A stretch of 64,000 bases of DNA from the human T2T-CHM13v2.0 reference genome, Homo sapiens, in NCBI RefSeq assembly GCF_009914755.1, contig NC_060930.1; one strand, given 5' to 3'. The notes beneath the pieces are model-generated. The model was not told the origin of the DNA, did not search any database, and was given only the letters and a program-made list of their open reading frames with translations. The position numbers and the translations under genes are program-made. The stretch's first letter is position 1. Each line of letters opens with the position of its first letter. Shown one piece after another: positions 47,596-61,764 of this stretch.

Positions 47596-49820
47596 TTTCC
47601 CTGCTCCCTTTTATAAGAGAACCCTTAATCCTAAGGGTTGCAGAGGGATGAAGTTCCATCTTCTGTAACTTCATCAGGCTGAATAGGGGTAATGATATTC
47701 CTGCCTATCTATTATGGGTATTTTATTCCTGCCTCTCATATTCAGGGTAGCGAGGAGCTTAGTCACAAGTCATCAGTATGGTGAGGGCCATTCAAAATCC
47801 AAGTTTCAACAAAAGGCACTATCTGAAAGATTAATAAGTGTTCAATTTAAGAAGATATTCAGTAAGCTTATTCTGCATTTTTACACAAAGAGTACAACAG
47901 CAATATATTTTAAAACAGTAAAACAAAATAAGTAAAATTTCTCAAGTAAACTGAATTAGAAGGCTTTCCATGAATTGGTAACTGTTGGAACCAAGCTGAT
48001 ATGGGGTTGCTAGCTGATTCTAATGGGCCCAGAATTAGAAGACTGATTTAGATTTTTACATTACCCATCCCTCTTGTTTCTTCTGAGCAGCAGTCAATCA
48101 CTGGTTGGGTCATAGGAATAACCAGGATTAGCCTAAACTGCAGAAACAAACTTAAAAACAACTGATGAGACTAGAATTTAATAGCAGGTGTACATCATTC
48201 TTGAAACATAATATTTCACTCTCCAGTTTCCCATTTTTACTAAAGATAAATCATGGTAAGACTGATTTGCTTTATTATACTTGGCCTGATTATTTGTATA
48301 AAGTGCAGCAAGAATAATTATTTTTTACATAGACTTTATAAGTTGGCCTGTTGGAACTTTGTTCCATAAGGAATCTCAGATAAGACTTTTTTTAGAGCTG
48401 AGTCCTGCCATTGGTTTGAACCCTCAAATACCTACAAGTTGAGCAAATCTCTCTCCTCTTGGGGTTCCAAGATAACCTGGGGGTTCCTGGGCCTGTTAGA
48501 AAGTGACATTCTTTACTTATCACAGGGCAGAAACCCTGTACAGGGACTGTGTAGGCAAGGTATGAGGCCAGTTCCCCAAGTGGCTTTCATTGGCTCTACA
48601 AGTCAAATTTGATTCCTTAAAGGAAAGCATGCCATTCCAGTTAAAGTCTCCATAAAATAACCAGTTTCTCCAGTTTGTGTCCTGATGCAAAATAAAACAG
48701 ATTTGTATTGCACTTAAGCAAATAACCATATTCCCATAAATTAGGAATACTCACAAATAGTTTCCAAATTTTGGAGAAAGTAGGCAGAGAGAAACAAATA
48801 TCCTTCACATTTTGTTCACAGGAGTATACTCAATTGTTAAAAGCTGTAAATAGCTTCTATTACTTCAGTCCATGCAGTTAACTCCTGTCCTGCTTGATTC
48901 ATGAACATTCAGCTACGAGAGTTCTGAAAGGTTTTTTTCTCTATCTAATGTCACAATCTCCAAAGTTATCAGAAAATCCTCCATTTAAATGTACCTGTTG
49001 AAGTCCTATAGTTGATTATAAAACCACCTTTTAAAGAGGACCAAAACAAGACAACAATTGTGTGTGGATTATAAAAAGTCTTAGGACAGCCACTATTAAA
49101 GCCACAAACGATAAGGAAATTTGGTTATTAGTGTGGCATACAAAAATTTATGTAACAATTGTATTTATTAATAACATACACTAAGTCATATCAGAATTAT
49201 AGGAGTTTCCCATTATTTTGGATCACATACCAATAACATATTTATGCAAATATAGCCCAAAGAAAGCCAAACACCATTTCATATTTGGCAGTGCTTCCTG
49301 TAAGATTTTTATACCCAATAAGGCAAATTTCATCTCTACACTAATGTGCTATTTGTGTTAAACCCAAATCTTAATAAAACCTTATAGACAAATGTATTTA
49401 ATCTTAATCAGCTTGACCATGAGGTAAGATTTTAATAAATCTTTTATAATCCTTTAAAAATGTTTGTTAAACAGCAGATTACAAGCAGGTGTTAGCTCTA
49501 AGAAAAACCTGTTGTGCTTTTATTCCAATGTCCGATTTATCAAAAAACTGAATAATAGCCCTTTAATTTTAGCCAATATGTTCACACAGATAATTTCTTC
49601 TTTAAGATTAATATTTCACAGACCTTTAACAACTTGCTTAAACCTTCAGCTTTATCCTAACTTAAAACAATCCTTTAACTCTCTAAACTTAGGCAAGAAA
49701 TCTGTATTCCCATGTTTTCTTGTAATCTTTTACCGAAAGCACATTCTACTTTTCTTACACACCTTGAACATAAAACTGTTTCTTCAGTAGTCTCAATTAT
49801 ATGTTACAATGTCAACTCTT

Positions 49821-49870
49821 TTTCTTTTTCTTTGAGATGTAGTCTGGCTCTCTTGCCAGGCTGGAATGCA
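49821..49870 (-). mobile_element. Extremely 5'-truncated Alu (about 50 bp)
   Basis: tttctttttctttgagatgtagtctggctctcttgccaggctggaatgca between 16-bp TSDs tacaatgt(c/t)aactctt. Confidence 0.9.
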
Positions 49871-50383
49871 TACAATGTTAACTCTTAGCAACTTTTATTT
49901 TTAGTGAAAAACCTGGTTAGTAAGTTATTCTAATTATGTACCAGGTTTGGAGCCTAGGACCCAGACAGAAGTGCAGATAAGGTTTGATTCTTTCCAGCAT
50001 AGCTAGTGAGTGTGGCTAGTTCCACATGTTTCCAGGCCTTATCTAGAATCTAAAGCTCCAAAGTAGGTAAAATGAACAATTTTCAAAAGTCAAAGAAGCA
50101 GTTTATGACCTTAAAGCACTTGGAAAACCTAATATCTGACCCACATAATTTAGACCAAATGTTTACATTTTAAAGATATTTTTATTTTACCAATAACTTT
50201 AAAACTGTCTTTATTTTCCAAAGATTACTTAAGTCATGTGAACTAAATAAAAAGTATTCATGTTATACTTTTCTGATCAAATATTTGATGTAAGCTCCTA
50301 TTATTAAACCATTTAATTAAAGCTCTTTTATATTACACCCACAACATATATAAATACATAGATAAAATAAGATAAAGGATTCA

Positions 50384-50460
50384 TTCCCTAAGCCAGGAAT
50401 TGAACCCTGATCCTGGGCCGCCACTGTGAAAAGAGAAATCATCACCACATGGTTACAAGG
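50384..50460 (-). pseudogene. tRNA-Glu-like relic within MER41-int
   Basis: Minus strand gtggtgatgatt...tttcacagtggcggcccagg...gggttcaattcctggcttagggaa resembles tRNA-Glu(TTC), including the B-box. Confidence 0.5.
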
Positions 50461-51464
50461 TCAGGCTCCCCAAGACATACAAGACAAGAGGGATATCTCA
50501 CCCAGTTTTGTGTTTAGGGACCTGCAGCAAAATTTATACCTGACCAGTTTCCTGGGCCATCTTGAACAGTGGGCTTACAGGTGTCCTAAGCCCATGTTCC
50601 ATCCTACAATACCCCTCTTTATGGGAGAACAATACGGAAAGACACACAAAGCACACCAGATTCACTATAGCTTACAACTAGCCTCACAAGTCCTTTTTTC
50701 CATTAATCTAAACTTTACAGAGGAGATAAACAATGGTTTTTGCCATTCATTCAGCCAGTTTGCACACACACAAAAAGAGAGAGAGAGATGAGACAGAGAG
50801 AGAGGAAGCATTGCTTGAGGCAGGGTGGGGAAGGCGAGGTACTCAGGGAGGCCAGAGAAAGACCCACCCATTGCAGTGACACTGAAAAGTTCAGGCGGCT
50901 GCTTGTCAGTAGCAAAGGGATATTTTCCAGCAGTCTCATCAGCTCTTGAGTTTCCCCTTTTAGGGAGGAAAAAGCTCCCCGTGTCCCATGATCCTATATG
51001 TGCCTAATCCTGTCACCCACAGCCCTGAGCAAAGAGTTCAAGGCAGATTAATCCAAAGAGAATAGCACTTAACATTTCATAATACTAAACCCATTCTTAG
51101 CCAAAAGGTACTTTACTGAAAGGGGCTTCTAACCCCCTAAATCTTAAAAGGGACTCTAACCCTCCTAAGCTGGGCCTTTAACCCAAGATGGGTCAAGTGT
51201 CCTTGACTTTTATCAAGAGTGGCCTCTAACCCACTCTGTCTAAGGAGAGACTCTAACTCCCCTAAGTTGGGCCTCTAACCCAATTCCATGCTTTACCTGG
51301 GTACCCCACCACTTACCCAAAGTTGGCCAATCAGTGCTGTAGTCTATTTCCTTTGGGTGGGAGGGTTTCTTCAGTATCGTCCCTTCAGAGTTCACCAGAA
51401 AGATGTTACTGGCCCCTACCACTTACCGAAAGTTAGCCTTTGGGTGGGGGTTTTCTGCACTATA

Positions 51465-51483
51465 GTCCCTTCAGTGGTCACCA
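51465..51483 (-). promoter_or_regulatory. Primer-binding site (tRNA-Arg-like) of the MER41 provirus
   Basis: tggtgaccactgaagggac a few nt downstream of the 5' LTR; a second copy lies at 51379-51397. Confidence 0.7.
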
Positions 51484-51489
51484 GAAAGA

Positions 51490-52038
51490 TGCTACAGGAA
51501 AGGAGTCCTAATTCAGACCCCAACAGAAGGTTTTTGGATCTTCTGCAAGAAATAATTCAGGCCAAGTCTGTGGAAGAAAGTGAAAGCAAGTTTATTAGGA
51601 AAGTAAAGGAATAAAAAATGGCTACTCCACAGACAGAGCAGTCCCGAGGGCTGCTGGTTGCCCATTTTTATGGTTATTTATTGATATTTTAACAAGGGGT
51701 AGATTATTCTTGCCTCCCCTTTTTAGATCATATAGAGTAACTTCCTGACGTTGCCATGGCATTTGTAAAGTGTCATGGTGCTAATGGGAGTGTAGCAGTG
51801 AGGACGACCAGAGATCACTCTCATCACCATCTTGGTTTTGGTGGGTCTTAGCCAGCTTCTTTACTGAAAACTGTTTTATCAGCAAGGTCTTTAAGACCTG
51901 GATCTTGTGCCAACCTCCTCTTTCATCCTGTGACTGAGAATACCTTAACTTTCTGGGAATGCAGCCCAGTAGGTTTTAGCCTCATTTTACCAAGCCCTTA
52001 TTCAAGATGGAGTTGCTCAGGTTCAAACACCTCTAACA
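51490..52038 (-). mobile_element. MER41A 5' LTR
   Basis: Direct repeat of 47041-47595; whole provirus flanked by exact TSD gtag (47037-40 / 52039-42). Confidence 0.92.
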
Positions 52039-53765
52039 GTAGTTTTTAACTCTTAGTAACCCTTATTTCTAGTGAAAACTCTAGAAAGTAATTTTGAACT
52101 GTTTTATATCAGTTATTTGTAGATAAAAACCATTTTATAATTTTTTAGAAAGATAGTTCTTCAAATTATTCTTATTATCAGATCTAAATATATTTACTTT
52201 TCTATACTACATAGAAATAATATGCCAAGGTATATAGACTTAAATGCATGTTTAATAATGCATATTTCAGTATCTTGAACATGACTCATCTTGTGATTTT
52301 TTTATTAATTAATTTAACATAACATGACTCTAGGATTTTAAATTACTGAAAAGAATTTTTGAAGCTATTAACAGAGGCAGCCTCCCTAATGTCTCCTCCC
52401 AGTCATTCTAGGTCCCAAGAAGCCATGTGTCCCCCATGAGGACTATGAAGGTCAGGGCCTGAGTCTATCAGGACAGAAGCCAGAGCTGTGAAGACTATAC
52501 TTGGAGGATCCAACTACTCCCACAATAGCCAGGAGGCAAAACAGGGAAAGCAGAGGAAGAAGGGGCCATATCGGGCTTGTAGCTGGTGGTCTAGACACTA
52601 CGAACGTGTCTCTAGATATCATCATGGCCACCTATCCAGATGCCTCAATCCAGAGACTCTAAGCCGAAGACATAAGCTCACAGTCAAATCAAGTGAGTAT
52701 CTAACTATATTTAACTGATAATTATCAAGCCATTTCTATTTTACCAACAAATTAAAAACTAGCTTTATTTATCAAATATCACATACACATAACACATACA
52801 CATACAAACAAGCAGAAGCAGATCTTATAGCTTTTTCCAGATTTTAAATAGTTTTTATTTTCTCTATTTGGTGTATCAGTCTTTCAATTATCTGTTTCAT
52901 TTCCCTAAGCAATTGTTAACTAGGCAACAAATTTGCATTTATAAAGGGACAACTCTTAGGTGAAACAAAAAACATGTATATTTCATAAGCACAGAGCTAA
53001 GATTCTCGGCCTAGGTATTGATTCATCATTTGCTCAAACCAAGGGAAAAGAAAAACTGCTCAAGTAAAAGTTCACTTAAGATAGCCAGAAAAGTTCGTTA
53101 AACAAAGGCATTACTTATTACTTAGATTTAAAAGAATGGTTAGAATTTCTATTGTACTTAGGCAGACATCCTTAAAAATTGAGATTTCTTTTATAGATGT
53201 AAATTTCTTTTACAAAAGAGTTTCAAAGTAGCCAATTAAATTCCAGAAAGGTGCATTTTATTTCAATATGGTGTTCTTTTTAACATAGCCACTGTTTCTT
53301 AGTTAAAATTACTGAGTTCAGCGTGGAACCCATTAGGGAATAGAGTCAAGAAAGCATCCTCTATGCCTTGTCTCCCCCATGGATAGGTCTGAACAAGAAG
53401 CAAACCTATTTTACCTGAGGGCCTAACTTTTAAAAATATCTTATCTAGGATAGCTTTCTTGCCACCTTTAGGGTGGAACAGTGGCTAAGCAAAGGTTAGC
53501 AGTTTTAATTTTTCTTATCTATTAGTTTCTTAAGCTTTTTATTTGCCTTTTGTAAAATCTTTAAATAAAAATATTGAAATCTTTTTAGAAGCTTCTGCAT
53601 ATCAATAGGTACCCCTGGATGAGACTAATTCATCTGGGAGTCCTCACTTTCAAATGCATTTCTTCAGTGCAGTGTTATTTGGAACCTTGCATAGTAACTT
53701 ATCTTTAGTAAGATTTCACCAGTTCTATAAGACTTTGCTGCTTCTGAGGTCTAATACTTATGCAT

Positions 53766-54218
53766 TGTGAAAGGAAAATAAATATTGGGCCCCCCAAGTC
53801 ACTAAGCTAAAGGGAAGAGTCAAGCTGGGAACTGCTTAGGGCAAACCTGCCTCTCATTCTATTTAAAGTCACTCCAAAGCTCACTGAACTAAATGCATAT
53901 CTGATTGCCTCCTTTGGAGAGGCTAATCAGAAACTCAAAAGAGTGCAACCATTTGTTTTTTATCTATCTATGACCTGGAAGCTCCCTCCTGGCTTTGAGT
54001 TGTCTTGTCTTTCCAGAGTTAACCAATGTTCATCTTATATATGTTGATTGATGTCTCATGTCTCCCTAAAATGTATGAAACCAAACTGTGCTCTGACCAC
54101 CTTGGGCAAATGTTGTCAGGACCTCCTGAGGCTGTGTCACGGGTCTGCATCCTCAACCTTGGCAAAATTAACTTTTTCTAAATCAACTGAGACCTGTCTC
54201 AGATATTGTGGGTTCACA
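53766..54218 (+). mobile_element. MER4A1 solo LTR nested in MER57-int
   Basis: tgtgaaaggaaaataaat...gagacctgtctcagatattgtgggttcaca; exact TSD gcat. Confidence 0.92.
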
Positions 54219-54679
54219 GCATGTATAAGCCAGAAGGTACTCAGTTCTTCCAAAACTAAGGGTTCTATCTTTACCTGAAATATTGGCTTTGGATATCAGT
54301 TTCCCTTAATCAACTTGGCTAATAATTTTTTTCCTATATAAGCATGCAAGAAAAATGAAACAAAGAGGAGAACAGAAAAATCCCCATGAATTTTCAAAAG
54401 TCATATTTTACACCCCCTGCAATATTGCCATTTACTACCAGTTTCTTTCTGACCGAGTCAGACATAAGAGGCCTATAACTGGATCCAAGCCAGTTAATTA
54501 TCAGATTCAATCTCATCCTGGACCTAGTCAGTTTCTATTGTGACTTCCAAACCCAGTTTGGCTCAGAAATTTGCTCGAAGACATTGGAGACCCCAAAACA
54601 CAAATCCGTGGAGCTTCAGAATCTAAAAGAGAACTTGCCGTGATCCCCAGTCGCTATGAGAGGGAAATGGCCACAATGG

Positions 54680-55760
<1,081 letters not shown>

Positions 55761-55820
55761 TTGGTGGGTATCTCGCTTAGTCACTCAGCCCTCCTGGGGG
55801 TCATTAGATGCTCTACTTTG

Positions 55821-55839
55821 GAGCCCACTTCTGATGCCA
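55821..55839 (-). promoter_or_regulatory. Primer-binding site (tRNA-Leu(CAA)-like) of the MER57 provirus
   Basis: tggcatcagaagtgggct vs TGGTGTCAGAAGTGGGAT (15/18), 2 nt from the LTR end. Confidence 0.75.
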
Positions 55840-55841
55840 TC

Positions 55842-56239
55842 TATTAAATGAAAAAACTTCAGGTGAATTAAATTTAAGACTTTTATTTAGCAAGGAACGA
55901 TCTGCGAATCAGGCAGCCTCCTGAGCCAGTGTAGGCTCGGAGACTCCAGCCCAGCCACGTGGTGGAAGATTTATGGACAGAAAAAGGAAAGTGACGTACA
56001 GAAAATGGATGTGAGGTACAGAAACAACCAAATTGGTTGCAGCTTGGTGGGCGTTTGCCTTATTTGAACACGGTTTGAACAGTTAGCCCTTGATTGCCCA
56101 AAACTTGGTGGTTGGCACAAAAGTAGGCTTCAGTCTGTTTACATCTTCATTTAGGTTACAGTTCACTATGTACAGAGAAACCTTTAGGCTGAACATAAAA
56201 TACGTAAAAAGGCAGCTTTAGGCTAAACTTGATTTAACA
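55842..56239 (-). mobile_element. MER57A 5' LTR
   Basis: tattaaatgaaaaaacttcagg...aaagtgacgtacagaaaatgg...ggcagctttaggctaaacttgatttaaca. Confidence 0.88.
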
Positions 56240-56355
56240 ATATAAAGACTTGAGGCAAAGATAGTCCCACAACTTGCTCAAGACCACAGAAATATGAGAA
56301 ACTCAGAATAACCCTCAAGTACTCGGGCTCCAGACTGGATGCTGTTAACCTCCCC
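56240..56355 (-). mobile_element. MIR fragment
   Basis: acttgaggc...aacttgctcaagaccacag...ctccagactggatgctgttaacc. Confidence 0.55.
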
Positions 56356-56487
56356 CAGACTCTCATGTCTATATTGCTTTTGGCCTATGACTTTTTTATG
56401 TGTGTGCATGAAATTGTGAACTTCTTTTCAGTGATAATCTCGTACTCTTATTTTATCACACTTTTTAGTTCCTTGGGAATAGCTCTT

Positions 56488-56576
56488 GAGTACGGCCATA
56501 CCACCATGAATGTGGCTGATCTTGTCTCATCTCGGAAGCTAAGCAGGGTCGGGCCTGGTTAGTACTTGGATGGGAG
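56488..56576 (+). pseudogene. 3'-truncated (tailless) 5S rRNA retropseudogene (RNA5SP-type)
   Basis: tacggccataccacc...atctcggaagctaagcagggtcgggcctggttagtacttggatgggag corresponds to 5S nt 1-89, with the 3' half exact; no poly-A tail; TSD-like flanks gaatagctctt / gaatacgtctt. Confidence 0.95.
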
Positions 56577-57760
56577 GAATACGTCTTAAATTTTATAAAC
56601 AGGACTCAGACATCTATTTTTATGCTTATTTTTAAATGTCTTGATAAAATGTTATACTACTATTACATTCTTGGGAAAAATCTCACTTGGTTTTTTTTTG
56701 TGTTATACTTTTAATCACCAGATTTTGTTTGCTAAAATGTTATTTAGAATTTTGCATGTATTTTTCATTGGCCTGTGATTTTTTCTTTTTATATAACATC
56801 TTTTTAAAGGTCTTTATTAATATTACACTCAAGTGTTCTTCTGTTTTCTATGCGCTGAATCCAAGCAGTTAAAATCCATGGGAAATATTTTTCCTTGATA
56901 TTTTCTAAGAACTATTCATGTAATATTATATTGACTGCTCACTCAGCCCCTTTCCCTAAAGCCTGGTAACACAATTAACTCATGATTCCCTGATAAATGC
57001 TATTTTCTCATTCCTCCATTTTTATCTATATGTAAGGCTCTTGGCTTTGAATTTGGTTTCTATCTCTTTGTTTGGTTAAGTTCATCTTGGTAAAACAGTA
57101 ACACTCTCAGCATTTGTTCTCAGTTCTGTGAGTTAGAGTTGATAAACTTTCTCAGTAGGACAGACACATATTTTGCTCAATGTGTGTTCTCCATAAATGC
57201 AGATGAGGAAGGAGGGATAATTAGAGGAAACAGAATGAGAATCTCAACCATTTGAGCCCTTACACAATTCTATGATAAACTACAATTTGTATATTTTCTG
57301 AGTCATGTGAATTTGTCATAAAATCTATTACTTCTTAATTCACAAAAGTTACTTGTTTTATTTAATAATAAAGGAGGAAGTTTAAAATACCCATTTTTAT
57401 AGAGTCATGTGTATGTGGTGTATAAGTCTTTATAGGAAGCATGAACAAAATATAATACAACAGTTTTGATATCTGGGGATTTGTAATATAAGTGACTTTT
57501 TAATTTATAGAAATGTAACAAATTTGTAAACAAACAAAAGTCATTTCAGAACAAGCTTAAAAATCTAGTGATCCTATTAATTTACTGAAAGAAACTAGTA
57601 CCATTCATCTGCAAGACTTATATAGATAACATGTGTTCATTTTCTTGGTTAAATACTTAAATATGGACTTGTGAGGTTTCATTAGAAACTATCAAATTAT
57701 ATTCCAAAGTAGTTGTAGCATTTTTCACTCCCTTCAGCAACATTTCTCCCCACTTAGTAT

Positions 57761-58642
<882 letters not shown>

Positions 58643-58991
58643 GTATTTGTAAGTTTTGCTATTCCAGTGGGTGGCAAAAAATACTTCATTTTTGCTGTCA
58701 TTTGACTTCTTGGCTGATGAAAGATGTTGAACACCTTTTCATGTACTTATTGGGCATTTATATGTGCTACCTTAAGAACTGTCTTTTAAAACTTTTTGCT
58801 ATTATTATTGAATTACTTGTGTTTCATATTTGTAGGAGTTCTTTATGTATTATTGATACAAGTACTTAGAAGATTTAAGTATTATGATTGTATTCTCCCA
58901 GTCTGTGGATTAACTTTTCATTTCCTAAATGGTAATTTTGCATAAGCAAAAAATTTAATTTTAATGAAATTCATTTTATTACTTTGTTTCT

Positions 58992-59399
58992 TTAAGATGG
59001 AATTTTTGATGCATCAATTTGACCTGCCAACAGTTTTTAGTTTTTCAAACACTAATCTAAGTATCATTGTGAGAGTAGTTTGCCGATGTGCAGATATAAG
59101 TAAGGGAGATTATTCTGGAAACTTTTGGTGGGCCTGCTGAGTGAATCAACTAGGAGGCCTTAAAAACTGGGCTTAGGTAGGAGAGAAGGAATGAAAGTGA
59201 GAGAGAAAGTAGGGGAGATAGAGAGAGAGAGAGAGAAAGAGCGCAGAAGAAATTCCACTTGTGAACAACAGCTTCCTATATGCATGGAGTTCATCCTCAC
59301 CATCTTCCTTTCTTACTGACAGCTTTATGGATTTTGGATTGTTTAACCATCCATTACAATTGTGTAAGTTAATTCCTTGTAATAAATCATCTATCTATC

Positions 59400-59446
<47 letters not shown>

Positions 59447-59494
59447 CACATATCCTGCAAGTTCTGCTTCTCTGGTTGAACCCAGCTTGGTTCA
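58992..59494 (+). mobile_element. MLT2E/F-like ERVL LTR
   Basis: caaacactaatctaag...aagtaagggagattat...gaagaaattccac...ccttgtaataaatc...ttctgcttctctggttgaaccc. Confidence 0.7.
59389..59446. repeat. (TCTA)n tetranucleotide STR
   Basis: About 13 units; probably length-polymorphic. Confidence 0.96.
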
Positions 59495-60619
59495 TTAATG
59501 TCTCCTCTAAGAAATTATTCTCTACCTCCATATTACAAAGTCATTCTCCTATATTTTCTTCTAGAAACTTTATGGCTTCAGCTTATACATTTAAGCTTAT
59601 GACCCATCTTGAATTTTTTTGTGAATATTGTAGTGTAATTTTTTCCCTATTTGTGTATTCTCTTTTCCAGTAATGTTTATTGAAAAGTCTTTGTTGTTGA
59701 TACTGAATTACCTTGTCATCACTATCAAAAATTAATTTATCAAACACACGTGAGTCTACATCTGGAGACAGTATTTTGTTTTTTTCTAGTTTTTAAACTT
59801 TATTTCTATCATCATGATTACTGTAGCCTTATAGTGTATCTTCAAATCATGTTGTTTAAGTCCTCCAATTTTGTTGGTCGTTTTTTTAAGTTATTGACCA
59901 TTCTAGGTGTTTTGCATTTGCATATAAACTTTAGAAACAGCATGTCGAATTGTACAAATGAACAATAGAATTTAAACTATTCCTATATATATTTATAAAA
60001 ATAATATAATACTCTTAATAATTTTATAACTTTATCCTAAAATATTTCATTACAAATCTTTGATTTTTACAATAAATCCTATCAACTTTCAGTGACTTCA
60101 TATAAATTTTGCTAAGCCTCAAAAACTATTTAATAGATTGCTGAATCACAAACTTCATACATATAAATGCCTTTGTGGCTTTTCTCCTATAAAAATTCAA
60201 GTAAATTAGCTAAGAGTGAATGGAGTGAATTGAGAGTTTCTTTTTTTAATGTTGGGAACCACCTTAGAACCAGCTTTCTCCATGTGCTTCTCCATTCGAT
60301 TTTTTGAAACTAGTTTTCCTACTGCAGTTTATAATTTAAATTAAATTGACTAAGTATGAATTTTCCTGCTGTGCCCTTCTAGTAATTTCTTTGATATTAA
60401 AATTATGTTTGCCACTTGGATATCTTCAGGGAATTGCTCTAAAAAGAATTCATTGGTGGTAATGTCCAATATAGCATCTATGATTTTTGCTCCAACTAAT
60501 TTTATTCTACTAGGAAGACAATCGTCTTTACAACTGCATACAAATTAGAAAGCAATAATTTCAAATGTCTATCATCACATTTTTATCTTAAGCAAGTCAA
60601 GTAAATTGTTGGCACTAAC

Positions 60620-60730
60620 GTAAGCTCCATATAAGGTAGGATTTTTGTGTGTTTTATCTATTGCTATATACCTAACACTTAGTTCAGTGCCTGGCACATT
60701 GGACAATACATATTTATAAAAGAAATGAAA
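60620..60730 (+). mobile_element. L2 3' fragment
   Basis: gtaagctccatataaggtagg...cagtgcctggcaca. Confidence 0.65.
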
Positions 60731-61764
60731 AAATTGCACCCTAATATATTTCAAATGTTCAATATTTAAGTAATTTTATATATTATTATTTCAACAAAAT
60801 AAAAATTACTTAAAATTTCATGAGACAGAATGCAGAAACCAATTGGCAATAATTTTATTTACCTTTCTTTCTGAGCTCATAGCTAGACTTCCTTTCTCAT
60901 TCTGTCTTAGATTAATAATTAGATATGGTAATATGACTCATCTCTGTCCAATGAAATGCAGGCAGAACTAATGAAATCACTCCGAGTTGAAGAGAATGAA
61001 ATAGAGAAAGGCAGAAAAAAAGCAACTTAGACTTGATCATTATTCCTAGGAAAAAAAGCAAAACACCTTTAAGTTTGATTATTGGCAAATGAAACTGATT
61101 TAAAATATACACATCAGAAGTGTTAAGCAATTAAAGAAATGAAACAATTTTTCAAAAAGCTTTACCCATTCAATTCTAAAACAAATTTTAAATAGTCAAA
61201 TATGCACCAGTAGGAAGTAGGCCACGAAAGCCGTAAAACTCGTAAGCAGGGAAAGTTGCCAAAACCAACTTCAGATGTGTCCATGGAGAAAAATGGATGC
61301 AAAGAAACTCACAGAAGGTGACTCCATGGGCCTCAAGAGACATGGAATCTCATTCCTTTCAGAGAGCAGGAATATAGTCATCTAATGAACTGTGCCTGCA
61401 TCCAGGGTAGGGGAATTCCATAAGGCTCGCTGAAATATTTCCAAATTATGATGTCCAGAGAATACTGTGTGTTTCTGATGCTTCCTCTTGATTGAGTTTT
61501 TATTGCTCTCTTTGTTTTTGCTCCAACATTGTACATTGGGTGTATGAAAGAATAGTAGTGGGTGGCTTTCTTATTTTTAATTTCTAGATTGCCATAACTC
61601 AGGGGCATATTTGGAGCCAAGGGGAGGAGGTCAGTGGTAGGCCTGTACACCTCAGAAGATGAAGCTTAAGGCTTGGGAAATAAGTCGGGCTGCATTTTAT
61701 CAGAAGAGGAACGAAATAAGTATGTGGTTACTAGAAAAGAATGTCCAGGGCAGTGTTTGTTTAG

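Larger units (their letters stand above)
47596..51489 (-). mobile_element. MER41 internal region (non-coding, non-autonomous)
   Basis: Lies between two direct-repeat MER41A LTRs, with PPT at the left and PBS at the right. Confidence 0.85.

Noticed and set aside
56488-56576. Functional 5S rRNA gene
   Set aside because: Lacks the 3' 30 nt and the oligo-T terminator, has several substitutions, and is not in a 5S tandem unit.
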